Below are positions 29,522 through 39,489 of a DNA stretch of 64,000 nucleotides, piece by piece. The stretch lies in NCBI RefSeq assembly GCF_046290335.1, contig NZ_JBKAGH010000009.1, positions 65,869 through 129,868 on the forward strand. The letters run 5' to 3'. This DNA comes from Ilumatobacter sp. (GTDB lineage Bacteria; Actinomycetota; Acidimicrobiia; Acidimicrobiales; Ilumatobacteraceae). The position numbers were made by a program, and so were the translations under genes. How positions within the stretch are numbered: position 1 is the stretch's first letter; the number at the start of each line of letters is the position of its first letter. Under the pieces are notes generated by a model. That model searched no databases. It was not told the DNA's origin and worked only from the letters and a program-made list of their open reading frames with translations.

Positions 29522-29956
29522 TCAGCCGATGGTGTAGTCGCGGAGGAGCTTGTTCATCTCGATGACGTGCAGCTCTTCGGAGCCGATCTGCGTCCGGGCG
29601 TACTCTTCGAGGTAGACCGAGTTGCCTTCGGACAGCCCGAGCAACTGACGATAGAGGTCGAGTGCCCGGCGCTCATGCTCGATCGATTCCCGCAGGATCG
29701 TCTCGATCGCGTGGTCGTGGGATTCTTCGATCGGGCGAATTCCCTGCGTCGGGTGGCCGCCGAGTCCGGTCAGGATCTCCCCGGCCTGACGAGCGTGGAG
29801 CAACGACTCGTCGGCTTGGGCCTGCATGAACGCGACGAGCGGCAGGCGGTTCGGGCCGGTGATGACCAGCGAGTAGTGGGTGTAGCGAACGACGCCCGAG
29901 AGTTCGGCGAGCATGATCTCGTTGAGAACCGGGATGACGTGTTCGGTGTTGATCAT
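29522..29956 (-). CDS. Ferritin-like (bacterioferritin-related) protein
   Basis: Four-helix pattern ELSGVVRYTHY, ESLLHA, LGGHP, HERRALDLY, EELH. Confidence 0.85.
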   Translation of the reverse strand: MINTEHVIPVLNEIMLAELSGVVRYTHYSLVITGPNRLPLVAFMQAQADESLLHARQAGEILTGLGGHPTQGIRPIEESHDHAIETILRESIEHERRALDLYRQLLGLSEGNSVYLEEYARTQIGSEELHVIEMNKLLRDYTIG

Positions 29957-30000
29957 CGAATCGACCATCTGCGCATCCTACACCGCTCCCCGGCCGAACG

Positions 30001-30019
30001 TTAAGTCCGCCTAACCTTC
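30001..30019. promoter_or_regulatory. Putative IdeR/DtxR iron box
   Basis: Minus strand GAAGGTTAGGCGGACTTAA matches 15 of 19 positions of consensus TWAGGTWAGSCTWACCTWA, upstream of the ferritin-like gene. Confidence 0.65.
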
Positions 30020-30087
30020 GAACTCAACGGAGATTTGCAGTGCGTCCGACCCGAGCCGCCGCCGGCACCGCGGACACACTGGCCACC

Positions 30088-30909
30088 ATGACGATGCCGC
30101 CCGCAACGCCCAGCCAGCACACGCCCAGCGAGCATCTGGCACGCAGCACACCAGAGTTGTTCGACATGTCCGAGCACGTCGCGGTGATCACCGGCGGGGG
30201 TCGCGGCATCGGCGAAGGCATCGCCACCTCCTTCGCCGAGGCCGGTGCGGCGGTCGTCGTCGCCGCCCGACGCACCGAGGAGATCCAGCGGGTCGCAGCG
30301 TCCATCCGTGACGCCGGCGGTCGAGCGATCGCCGTGACCACCGACGTGACCGACGACGACGCACTCGAAGCGCTCGCTGTCGCTGCCGTGTCAGAATTCG
30401 GCCGCCTCTCCACCTGGGTCAACAACGCTGGTGGATCACCGATGCGGATGCCGCTGAGCGAGCTTCCCCGAGAGGAATGGGATCGAACGATCGCGCTCAA
30501 CCTGACCTCGGTCTACGTCGGCTCGATGACGGCAGCTCGCCACATCGACACCGGGTCGATCATCAACATCTCCTCCGGCGCCGGCACCGGCCCGGTGCCC
30601 GGCAGCGCGCACTATGGCGCGGCCAAGGCGGCGACGAACTCGCTCACCTGGACGCTGTCGGCCGAGCTCGCGCCGAAGATCCGGGTGAACGGCGTCGCGC
30701 CTGGCGCAATCCCGACCGAGGTGATGCTCACGGCGATCGGTCGTGACGAAAGCGAACTCGACGAGATCCTCGAGGACTGGAACATCCCCCTCGGTCGCCT
30801 CGGTACGCCCCAAGACATCGGAGCGGCGTGCGTGTACCTCGCGTCCGACGCGGCCAGTTGGGTGAGCGGCGAGATCCTGCGCGTCGGTGGCGGCGCGAAG
30901 CCACGCTGA
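30088..30909 (+). CDS. Classical SDR oxidoreductase
   Basis: TGGGRGIG, NNAG, NISS, YGAAK, RVNGVAPG. Confidence 0.9.
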   Translation: MTMPPATPSQHTPSEHLARSTPELFDMSEHVAVITGGGRGIGEGIATSFAEAGAAVVVAARRTEEIQRVAASIRDAGGRAIAVTTDVTDDDALEALAVAAVSEFGRLSTWVNNAGGSPMRMPLSELPREEWDRTIALNLTSVYVGSMTAARHIDTGSIINISSGAGTGPVPGSAHYGAAKAATNSLTWTLSAELAPKIRVNGVAPGAIPTEVMLTAIGRDESELDEILEDWNIPLGRLGTPQDIGAACVYLASDAASWVSGEILRVGGGAKPR

Positions 30910-30933
30910 TCCGCAGCCCTTGCCGGCGCAGCG

Positions 30934-33096
30934 TCAGGCGGTGGCCGACGCGGCGAGACGCCATCTCGTCGGCGACGAGCCCTCGACGAGTCGAACCCTC
31001 GAGCCGTCACCGAGCGCGTCTCGTGTCGAGCCGTCCACGATCACCCCGAACTCGTTGCGTTCGCTGCTGATCGCCAGCGCCTGCCGCACCGGTGCCCCCC
31101 AAGCAGCGAACGTCAGCGAGCCGCGTTGGAGCAGGCCTGTGCCGACCTCGCCGCTCGCCATCCCGACGACAACCCGCGCGCGCAGCTCCGCGTCACCGTG
31201 CACACCGTCACCGTGCACAGCGTCACCGTGCACAGCGTCGACCACCGCCTGCGCGAAGCCGATCGCCGCGTCCGCGCACGGCCCGTCGCTGCCGATCCCG
31301 ACGAGGAACAAGAATCGATCAGCAGCGCCGCGCACGAGTTCGACGCCGTGATCGGCCGCGACGGCCACGATCCGGCGCGCGGCGGCGACCAGGTCGTCGT
31401 CGCGGTCGTCGTCGCTCTCGACGACGACCTCCACGGCAACCACGGTCGCATCCTCGAGCACGTCACCCGAACCGGTGACCTCCCCGTCGGCACCGACGAC
31501 ACGCTTGGGGAGAAACGCTTCGAGGAGCTGGCGCTTCGCGTCGTACTCCTCGACCAGCGCCGCCTCTTGCGCGCCGAGCCGCCGAGCCATCTGAGCCAGC
31601 CGGCGGGAGAGATCGGCGAACTCGTCGTTCGTCGACGAATCGATCTGCGGATCCCGCTCCCCGTCGAGCACGGCGCGCGCCGCGGCGATCACGGGCGGAA
31701 TCGGGCGAGTCATGCGACGCGACAACCACCAGCCGATCGCTCCGGCGATCGGCAGGGTGAGCATCAGCACGAGCCCGAGCCGCCGAGCGTAGGCAGACAG
31801 CGGTGAGGCCACGTCGCTGTTGGGCACATCGACGACGACCGCCCAATCGACGCCGACAACGTCGATCGGCGTCGCGAAACTGAACGTCGACTCGCCGAGG
31901 TAGTTCGTCGCCGACCCCTCGAAATCGCGCCCATCCCGCGCCTCGCGCGCTGGCTCGGTGTCGACCTGTTGCACGCCGATAGGGGACCCGAACCCCTCGA
32001 TGAGCGTTCGGGTCACCGGGTCGTCGACCCGAGACAGATAGTCGTCGGGGTCCTCGATCCAGCGACGGCTCTCGCTGCGCAACAGCAGGTCGGCGCCCAC
32101 CACGTAGCTCTCGCCGCCGCCGAGACCGACGAGTTCCCACTGTTCGTCAGCGGTCGTCACCCGAGTCAGCGCGTCGACGTCGATCTCGACCACGAGCGCA
32201 CCGATCACCTCGGTCTCGAGCCGAACCGCTGCGGCGATGAACGCGACCGACCGGCCCGCCGCCGGGAGATAGCGTTCGAAATCGGCGATGACCGCGTCGC
32301 CGACACGCACGCGATCGAGACCATCGCGCAACGCCACCGCGAGGTTGGACGTTGCGAACGGCCCATCGGCGAACGAGGTCCCGACGTCGACGCGCTTGTT
32401 GACCGAATACACAACGTTGCCCTGTGCATCGACGAGCAGCAGGTCGCCGACGCCGACGGCGTCGGACAGCGAACGCAGGAACGGATGCTGGCGAGCGTGC
32501 ACCTCGGTGTACGCCGACCCGTCGCCGGGATCGACCACGGCGCGCCGCTCCACGCGGTCTACCCCGGCGAGCGTGTACACGCCCTGCAGGTACCGCTCCC
32601 GCGGATCGGTCGGCTCGAGCCGCTCCGGGTCGACTTTGTCGAGGCCCGCGACCGTGGCGACGTCGCCGGCGGTGAGCGGATCGATCACGTCCTGGGCATA
32701 GAACTCGCTGAGCGCCACGTCCGTCGGCTCGTCGAGCGTGTCGTCCATCGCCGCGAACGCATCGGCGAAGTCGTCGAGCGCGAAGGACACCGCCAGGTCC
32801 GACGCGAGCACCGACACCTCGGTCACCAGCGATTCCGCCCCCAGCTCGATCGCATACGCGCGAGCTCGACCGATGTCGACGAGTTGCTCCTTCGTACCAT
32901 CGTCGAGAAGATCGCGTGCAGCAACGAAGTTCAGACTGCCGATCAACAACACCGAGACCGCAGCCACGCCGACGAACACACCGGTGAGTTGACGACTCAG
33001 CCGCCGGGGCCGATGCCACCAACGCGTCCGCACCGTCGCGTCGGAGCGATCGCTGGTCGTGTCGGCTGGCTCGCTGGAGTCGATCAGTCCGGTCAC
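30934..33096 (-). CDS. Membrane protein: TM, Cache-like, TM, HAMP and highly degenerate class III cyclase-like domain (copy B)
   Basis: Two TM helices flank a large extracytoplasmic region; HAMP MTRPI...NDEFADL; cyclase remnants ATVVAVE, VRGAADRF, VGMASG, FAAWGAPV. Confidence 0.75.
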   Translation of the reverse strand: MTGLIDSSEPADTTSDRSDATVRTRWWHRPRRLSRQLTGVFVGVAAVSVLLIGSLNFVAARDLLDDGTKEQLVDIGRARAYAIELGAESLVTEVSVLASDLAVSFALDDFADAFAAMDDTLDEPTDVALSEFYAQDVIDPLTAGDVATVAGLDKVDPERLEPTDPRERYLQGVYTLAGVDRVERRAVVDPGDGSAYTEVHARQHPFLRSLSDAVGVGDLLLVDAQGNVVYSVNKRVDVGTSFADGPFATSNLAVALRDGLDRVRVGDAVIADFERYLPAAGRSVAFIAAAVRLETEVIGALVVEIDVDALTRVTTADEQWELVGLGGGESYVVGADLLLRSESRRWIEDPDDYLSRVDDPVTRTLIEGFGSPIGVQQVDTEPAREARDGRDFEGSATNYLGESTFSFATPIDVVGVDWAVVVDVPNSDVASPLSAYARRLGLVLMLTLPIAGAIGWWLSRRMTRPIPPVIAAARAVLDGERDPQIDSSTNDEFADLSRRLAQMARRLGAQEAALVEEYDAKRQLLEAFLPKRVVGADGEVTGSGDVLEDATVVAVEVVVESDDDRDDDLVAAARRIVAVAADHGVELVRGAADRFLFLVGIGSDGPCADAAIGFAQAVVDAVHGDAVHGDGVHGDAELRARVVVGMASGEVGTGLLQRGSLTFAAWGAPVRQALAISSERNEFGVIVDGSTRDALGDGSRVRLVEGSSPTRWRLAASATA
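31191..31235. repeat. Three 15-bp tandem units encoding VHGD(A/G) within cyclase copy B
   Basis: cgtcaccgtgcaca(c/g) x3. Confidence 0.85.
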
Positions 33097-34613
33097 GACG
33101 AGACCTCCCGATCGGTCGCACCAAGGCTGCTACCCCGGCCAGGTTCAGCGATGTGGCTGGTATCGGCCGCGAGGAGTCGCTCGAGTCGATGGCGCCGGAC
33201 CTCGGTGATCCGGTTGAGCGCTGCCGACAACGCCGCGCTGCGAGACACCACCTCACCGGCCACGTCGGCATCGACGATCACCACGTCGCAGTCGGTCATC
33301 GCCCGGATCACCAGATCACGGCCAGCGACACCCGAACCGTCGAGCAGGCCCATCACGTCTCCGCTGCGCAGGTCCGACACGGCGACATCCGGTCGATCCG
33401 GCCCGACCAACTGGAGCAATGCCGTCCCGTCGACCAACACCACCAGGTCGCGGCTGCCTGCCGACGCTCGCAACAGTTCCTCGCCGACGGCATAGCGCAG
33501 GGCGTGGCCCGCGTTCGCCAAGAGGTCGAGTTGGTCGTCGTCGAGCGACGCGAGCAATGGCGACGCGGCAAGCCGCGCTCGGAGTTCGGCCGTGGTCGGC
33601 GTGCTCGACGCGGCGGTCGTGACACCGTCGTAGATGAAGAGATCTTGAGCAGGGCTGGGGAGCCCGACACCGTGACGGTGCGACTGGTACCAGACCAATG
33701 AACCGAAATCGCTCGACACGCGCGGAGCGATCGCGTAGTCCTCGATCCACATGTCGACCTCGTAGGTCATCAACGGGTCGTCGACCTGCACGACCCGAAC
33801 CGCGGGCGGGGGATCGGCCACCACTCCGCGTGTTCCGCGGGCGGCGTCGAGCAGCATCGCCTTCGCCAGCGTCGGCGGATTGTGGAACGCGACCTGCACC
33901 GACACCACGACCCGATGGAGCGCATCGGGCGAGGAGTAGTTGACCACGCTCGCACCCGCCAGCTCGCTGTTGGGCACGATCACCGTGTCGCCGTCACGGG
34001 TCAGGATCCGGGAGGTCCGCCAGTTGATGTCGACGACCTTGCCTTCCACATCTCCCGCACGGATCCAGTCACCCGGCTGGAACGGTTGATCCGACAGCAG
34101 CAGCAAACCAGCAGCCAGGCCGCTGAGCGTGTCTTGCAATGCGAAGGAGATCACGAGCGAGGTGACGCCGAGCGCGGTGAGCGCGGCCGACAGGTCGACA
34201 CCCCACACATCGTCGACCAGCAACCACGCGGCGACGAGAATCGTGGCGATCTTCGGCAGGGCCAACACGAGCTGTGGCACGGCGCGACGTCCCGGGACAG
34301 CTGGCCGGGAACGCACGTCGGCCACGAGGCGACCGATGACGCCGTACACCGCGACGGCGATCGACAACACCAGTCCGGTGCCGGCCGCGCGCACGACGAA
34401 GTCACCACCGTCGAGTCCGAGCACCGGGACGAGCAGCGCCCAGATCGCGAAGAACGGGAGGGTCCAGTTGCGAAGCGTGACGACCGACGACCGAAGCGCG
34501 GACTCGCGCTGGCGGAGTCGCTCGTCGAGCTCGGCCACCACGATGATCGCCAGGGGGACCACCACGATCACGACCACTGCCCAGAGTGCGCTCGTGTCGC
34601 CGAACGACCTCAC
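33093..34613 (-). CDS. MscS-family channel with a C-terminal cNMP-binding-like domain
   Basis: SFALQDTLSGL, PFQPGDWI, GKVVDINWRTSRI, VPNSELA; C-terminal region DLVVLVDG...GDVMG...IRAMTD. GTGA overlaps at both ends. Confidence 0.88.
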   Translation of the reverse strand: MRSFGDTSALWAVVVIVVVPLAIIVVAELDERLRQRESALRSSVVTLRNWTLPFFAIWALLVPVLGLDGGDFVVRAAGTGLVLSIAVAVYGVIGRLVADVRSRPAVPGRRAVPQLVLALPKIATILVAAWLLVDDVWGVDLSAALTALGVTSLVISFALQDTLSGLAAGLLLLSDQPFQPGDWIRAGDVEGKVVDINWRTSRILTRDGDTVIVPNSELAGASVVNYSSPDALHRVVVSVQVAFHNPPTLAKAMLLDAARGTRGVVADPPPAVRVVQVDDPLMTYEVDMWIEDYAIAPRVSSDFGSLVWYQSHRHGVGLPSPAQDLFIYDGVTTAASSTPTTAELRARLAASPLLASLDDDQLDLLANAGHALRYAVGEELLRASAGSRDLVVLVDGTALLQLVGPDRPDVAVSDLRSGDVMGLLDGSGVAGRDLVIRAMTDCDVVIVDADVAGEVVSRSAALSAALNRITEVRRHRLERLLAADTSHIAEPGRGSSLGATDREVSS

Positions 34614-36790
34614 GTCAGCACCCCCGGCACCTCGCGGCGAACCGTCCACAGCGGCACGTCGTCACGCAGCGGGTCGAGCGTCACTGCGCCGTCGGGCAGT
34701 CTCGAACGCACGGCATCGGAGACGACGATCGTTCCCGCCGTGCCTCGTCGAGCGAGCGCATGCGCCACGGTGACCGTGTCGCCCCACACGTCGTAGAGCA
34801 GGTGGTTGGCCCCCGTGAGCCCTGCGGTGACCGGACCGGTGTGCACGCCGACGCCGAGGCGCACATCGACACCTTCGAGTTCTCCGAACCGCGCGACACG
34901 GTCGAGGAGTTCCTCGGCGAAGGCGACGGAGCGCGGTGCGTGGTCGATGTAGGGCCGGTCGTGGCCACAGGAGGCGTAGTAGGTGTCACCGATCAACTTG
35001 ATCCGGTCGAGTCCGTGACGGAGGGCGACGGCGTCCACCTCGTAGAGGAGTTCGTCGACCCTCGATCTGGCCGATCCCGTGTCATCGTCGACGACCTCGT
35101 CGAGGCCGTCGAACACGACCACGGCGATCGTGGCCTGTCGGACCTCCTCCGGTGCGTGCTCCTCGCCGAGGATCACGCGTTCGGCCTCCGCTGGCGGCAG
35201 CAGTTCCCGCAACACCCGCAGCCGTTCGGCAAGCGCCCGCTCGAGCTCTGACTGCTGCTCGGCCAGGGTCGCTGCCATCGTCTCGAAACCGATCGCCAGC
35301 TCCGCGAACTCGATCGGGCTCTGCGGCGGGATCTCGATGGGATCGCCGATCGAACCCGAAGATCCGAGCCGATCGCTGATCGAGCGAATCGGCCGCACGA
35401 CGGAATTGGCCCATGCGACGGCGGCGAACGCGAGCAGGACGACGAAGATCGCAGCGCCGACGGTGAGCAAGCGTCGAAAGTCGTCGAAGCCTCCCTCGGC
35501 CGCCTCGACCTCGATCTCGGACACGACCAGCCAGTCGAGTCCACCGAAGCTCAACGGCGCCGACGTCGACACCACGTCCACGCCGACGATCGACGCACGA
35601 CGGTCGACCGTGGCCGCTCCCCCTCGGCCGGCGTTGACGGTGTCGTCGCGAGCACGCAGGACGGTCGCGACGGTGCCGGTCGAGCCGATCGTCGAGCGTT
35701 CGTCGGCGGTGAGGCGCCCCAGGTCTTCGACGGCGTCGAGATATGCGGCTGGCGACTCCAGATACCCCCTGGGGTCGCTGCGCAGCGTGCCGTCGGGGCC
35801 AACGAGGTAGGTGTCTGCGCCTTCCGGGAAGCCAGCGGCTGGCCAGTTCTCACCCGCGGTGATGCGTTCCGTCAGGTCGCTTCCGCGGAACATCAGCACG
35901 AGCGCCCCCGCCGCGTCGCCCGTGGCGGGCTCGAAAACGGCGTGCGCCACCACGCCGACCGGCTCACCCAGAGCCGGCAGGTAGTCGGCCAGATCGCTCA
36001 CCTCGACGCCCTCGTCGGGCGCTTCGAGGACGGCGGACACGGTGACGTCGAGCACCGAGCCGCTGAACGGACCGGTAGCGAGATCAGTGCCGATCTCGGG
36101 GTGCTTCTCCACCGAGTAGACCACTCGGCCCGAGTCGTCGACGAGCAGGAGATCGAACAGCCCCAGTCGCGAAGCGACGTCGCGATAGACCGGATGCACT
36201 TCTCGATGCGACTCACTCCAGAGGCTGCCGTCGCCTGCGTCGTCGAGCGCTCGCGGCGCTGCGACGTTGTCGGGATCGCTGGCATACAGCAGCTGCACTC
36301 GCGCCGCCGCGTCATCGGCCGGCACGACGTCGCGCAACTCGACGTCGCGACCCAGTTGCCGCTGCGGTTCGACGAATCGTTCGAGATACGACACCGCGAG
36401 CCGCTCGCGCTCGGCAGCGCTCGGCGCGACATCACCGATCTCGTCGAGTGTCGAGCTGAGCCGCTCGATGACGACCCCCGCCTGCGGACTCGCCGCCAAC
36501 GCACTCGTCGTACGCGACAACGACCCGAAGTAGGAGGAGATGTCGACGTCACCCGACAGCCGAAGCGCAGCGATCTGATCGTTCGTCAGTTCCGTGTCGA
36601 GGTCGCTGCCTGCGTCGACGCCGACGACGGTCGCCACACCGAGCGAGCCGATGCCGACGAGGACGGCTGCCGCCGCGATCCGAGTCGCCATCGACACGCC
36701 ACGACGGGATCGGGCGCCCGGCGTACGGCGTTGCACGAACCGGCGACGAGGCTTGCGTGCCGACGACGCTGGGTGCACAGCGTCTGTCAC
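34610..36790 (-). CDS. Membrane protein: TM, Cache-like, TM, HAMP and class III cyclase-like domain (copy A)
   Basis: IKLIGDTYY, GVHTGPVTAG, YDVWGDTV; same architecture as copy B. Start chosen at GTG 36790. Confidence 0.85.
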   Translation of the reverse strand: MTDAVHPASSARKPRRRFVQRRTPGARSRRGVSMATRIAAAAVLVGIGSLGVATVVGVDAGSDLDTELTNDQIAALRLSGDVDISSYFGSLSRTTSALAASPQAGVVIERLSSTLDEIGDVAPSAAERERLAVSYLERFVEPQRQLGRDVELRDVVPADDAAARVQLLYASDPDNVAAPRALDDAGDGSLWSESHREVHPVYRDVASRLGLFDLLLVDDSGRVVYSVEKHPEIGTDLATGPFSGSVLDVTVSAVLEAPDEGVEVSDLADYLPALGEPVGVVAHAVFEPATGDAAGALVLMFRGSDLTERITAGENWPAAGFPEGADTYLVGPDGTLRSDPRGYLESPAAYLDAVEDLGRLTADERSTIGSTGTVATVLRARDDTVNAGRGGAATVDRRASIVGVDVVSTSAPLSFGGLDWLVVSEIEVEAAEGGFDDFRRLLTVGAAIFVVLLAFAAVAWANSVVRPIRSISDRLGSSGSIGDPIEIPPQSPIEFAELAIGFETMAATLAEQQSELERALAERLRVLRELLPPAEAERVILGEEHAPEEVRQATIAVVVFDGLDEVVDDDTGSARSRVDELLYEVDAVALRHGLDRIKLIGDTYYASCGHDRPYIDHAPRSVAFAEELLDRVARFGELEGVDVRLGVGVHTGPVTAGLTGANHLLYDVWGDTVTVAHALARRGTAGTIVVSDAVRSRLPDGAVTLDPLRDDVPLWTVRREVPGVLT

Positions 36791-36870
36791 CGCACCGCCT
36801 GTCGAGGCCCCCGTGGATTCACGAGACCGACGATAGTGCTGCCGGCGGTGCCAGCGCAGGCTCGCTCGCG

Positions 36871-38502
36871 TCAGGTCGCGACGAGTGGTCGCACCACGAC
36901 GCGGTTGCGGCCGAGGCGTTTCGCATCGAGCAGACGCGCATCGGCTTCGACGAGCAACTGGCGAACGTCCGACAACACGCCCACGGCGACGCCGCCGCTC
37001 ACCGTGAGCTCGAGGCCACTGGCGATGCTCTCCCAGTCGTGCGTGGCGATGGTGAGACGGACACGCTCGGCCGCCGACCACCCGAGCGACGCGACGTCGT
37101 CACCGACCTCAACGACGTCGAGGTCGCACATGACGACGACGAATTCTTCGCCGCCGACACGGGCGACCGCCGCCGCCGGCCCGACGCTCACGCGCAACAG
37201 CTCGGCGAACCGAGCGAGCACGTCGTCACCGACGTGATGCCCGAACGTGTCGTTGACGACCTTGAAGTGATCGATGTCGAACATCATCGCGACGCCGAGC
37301 CCCGGAGTCCGTTCGAGTTCGCTCAGTCGGCGGTCCAACCATCGGCGCGACTTCACGCCGGTCAGAGCATCTCGATCGATGTCGTCGGCGAGACGCTCGG
37401 CGATGTCCCGCAGCACCGAACTCGACCGTTCCAGCTCGGCTCGGCGGCGGATCTGGTCGCCGAGACGGCCGACCTGCTCGAGATGCCAGGCTCGCGACAA
37501 GCGCGCCAGCCGTAGCGCATCGGCGCTTGCACGATCGTGTTGACCGAGCGCGGCAAGCGCCCGCGACCGCTCCTCCAGTGCTCGCGCCAGGCAATGGTTG
37601 TCAGCACTCGCTTCGAGGCCCGGAATCGCCAGATCGAGCAGTTCGACCGTCGTCCCCGGAGCGTCCTGGCGCGCCGCGTGCATCGCCCGGACGAGCCGGT
37701 GCCAGGCGACGAGATCGGGTGCTGCGTCGCGATAGTGGCGTTCGGCAGCATCGAGCACCATTCGATCCATCGGCTCGTCGACCACCACCGCCGCTTCGCC
37801 TGCCAGCCCATCAGCCAGCATCGTGCGCGACACCTCGTCGACGCCGTCACGACGAAGCCACTCGATCGCGGCGGTGACGTCGTTCATGTAGCACGCTCGC
37901 CGAATCGGGTCCTTCGTGGCGTACGCCGCTTCTACGCTCATGTAGCCGAACGAATAGGCGACCGGATCGACGGGCACCCCTGCAAGATGTCGGGCCCCCT
38001 CGAACGCATGGCGGCCCGAGTCGACCGCGAGTTCGAACGCGCCGAGCCGCATGAAAAACCCCGACACCCCGAGCGCGGCTCGCACCGCGTCGACGTCGGC
38101 GATGGGTTCCGGGCCCTCCGAGAGGTCGGCGAGCATCACCAACGCATCGACGACGTGGTCGACCGCTGCCGCCGACTCGCCGATCTGGTCGAGGAACACC
38201 GCCGCCATCGACGACGCGAATGCCGCGACAGAGATCTCGCCTGCTGCGACCAGGTACGGCACGGCCTCGCGAGCCGAGGCAGCCTGGAGCGATGCGTCGC
38301 CGCGCCCCTGCAACGCCACGCAGCGGGCGACGAGTAACTTGCCGAGTTCCGCTGGATCGCTGACCGGAGAGGTGGCCGCGATGGCGGCGTCGATTCGAGT
38401 GACCACGTCGTCGTCGGGCGCGAGCGACATACGGCGTGCCGCCGCGGTCAGCTCCTCACTCGACTCGATCGTCATCTCGACCCGATCCTCATCTCGACTC
38501 AC
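36871..38502 (-). CDS. Diguanylate cyclase (GGEEF) with a helical/TPR-like N-terminus
   Basis: FDIDHFKVVNDTFGHHVGD, ARVGGEEF, TVSGGV, AKRLGRNR. Confidence 0.9.
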   Translation of the reverse strand: MSRDEDRVEMTIESSEELTAAARRMSLAPDDDVVTRIDAAIAATSPVSDPAELGKLLVARCVALQGRGDASLQAASAREAVPYLVAAGEISVAAFASSMAAVFLDQIGESAAAVDHVVDALVMLADLSEGPEPIADVDAVRAALGVSGFFMRLGAFELAVDSGRHAFEGARHLAGVPVDPVAYSFGYMSVEAAYATKDPIRRACYMNDVTAAIEWLRRDGVDEVSRTMLADGLAGEAAVVVDEPMDRMVLDAAERHYRDAAPDLVAWHRLVRAMHAARQDAPGTTVELLDLAIPGLEASADNHCLARALEERSRALAALGQHDRASADALRLARLSRAWHLEQVGRLGDQIRRRAELERSSSVLRDIAERLADDIDRDALTGVKSRRWLDRRLSELERTPGLGVAMMFDIDHFKVVNDTFGHHVGDDVLARFAELLRVSVGPAAAVARVGGEEFVVVMCDLDVVEVGDDVASLGWSAAERVRLTIATHDWESIASGLELTVSGGVAVGVLSDVRQLLVEADARLLDAKRLGRNRVVVRPLVAT

Positions 38503-38631
38503 ACCTCATGTATGAATGTCGGCCCGACGACACGTGGGCTTGACGGCCTCGTCCCGAGGCTGACGATTCCTTGATCGTCGCACCACCCTCCGCGGCCGGT
38601 TCGCGGACTGCGAGCGCCTAGCGTGCGACCC

Positions 38632-39489
38632 ATGGGATTCCGATTGGCCAACATCGACGGCCGAGCAGCACTACTCGACGACCGAGATCGGTACCACGAC
38701 CTCGAGTCACTCAGCGGCGGTGCGATCGGATCCGACCCGATGACCGCCCTGGCCGACGAAGCCGGGGTGCGCGCTGCCACCGAACGGCTCGCCGACGCCG
38801 AGCCGACCGGCGAGCTCGCCGACGTGGTACTCGGCGCACCCGTCCCGCGCCCGCGCAACGTGTTCGCCGTCGGGTTGAACTACTCCGACCACGCCGCCGA
38901 GTCGAACCTCACCCCTCCCGAGCAACCGTTGGTCTTCACGAAGTTCCCGTCGAGCATCTGCGGTCCGGCGACCGACATCGAACTGCGCAGCGAATTCGTC
39001 GACTACGAGGTCGAGGTGATCGTCGTGATCGGGCGGGGAGGCCACGACATCAGCGAGGCAGACGCGTGGTCGCACGTCATCGGCCTGACGATGGGCCAGG
39101 ACGTCTCCGATCGTCGCATGCAGTTCGCTTCGAGCCCGCCCCACTTCGACCTCGCGAAGTCGTTCGACACCTTCGGGCCGATGGGGCCATGGTTGCGGTC
39201 GCTCGACGGATTCGACGACCCCGACTCGCTCCGATTGACATGCTCCGTCAACGGCGACCTCCGCCAGGACGGCAACACCGGCGACCTCATCTTCGGCGTT
39301 CCGAAGCTGATCAGCTATCTCTCGCACATCACCACGCTGAGCGCCGGCGACATCATCTGGACCGGCACGCCGGCCGGTGTCGGCGCAGCGACAGGAGCGT
39401 TCCTGCGCGACGGCGACGTGGTCGAGACCTCGGTGACCGGGCTCGGCACCATGACCAACCGCTGTGTCCGAATCGGAGACCACGCGTGA
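38632..39489 (+). CDS. Fumarylacetoacetate hydrolase family protein
   Basis: AVGLNYSDHAAE, VFTKFPS, DYEVE, QDVSDR, AKSFDTF, TGTPAGVG. Confidence 0.9.
   Translation: MGFRLANIDGRAALLDDRDRYHDLESLSGGAIGSDPMTALADEAGVRAATERLADAEPTGELADVVLGAPVPRPRNVFAVGLNYSDHAAESNLTPPEQPLVFTKFPSSICGPATDIELRSEFVDYEVEVIVVIGRGGHDISEADAWSHVIGLTMGQDVSDRRMQFASSPPHFDLAKSFDTFGPMGPWLRSLDGFDDPDSLRLTCSVNGDLRQDGNTGDLIFGVPKLISYLSHITTLSAGDIIWTGTPAGVGAATGAFLRDGDVVETSVTGLGTMTNRCVRIGDHA

Noticed and set aside
29522-29956. Calling the ferritin-like gene bfr
   Set aside because: The heme-ligand Met and one ferroxidase Glu appear absent, so the symbol is withheld.
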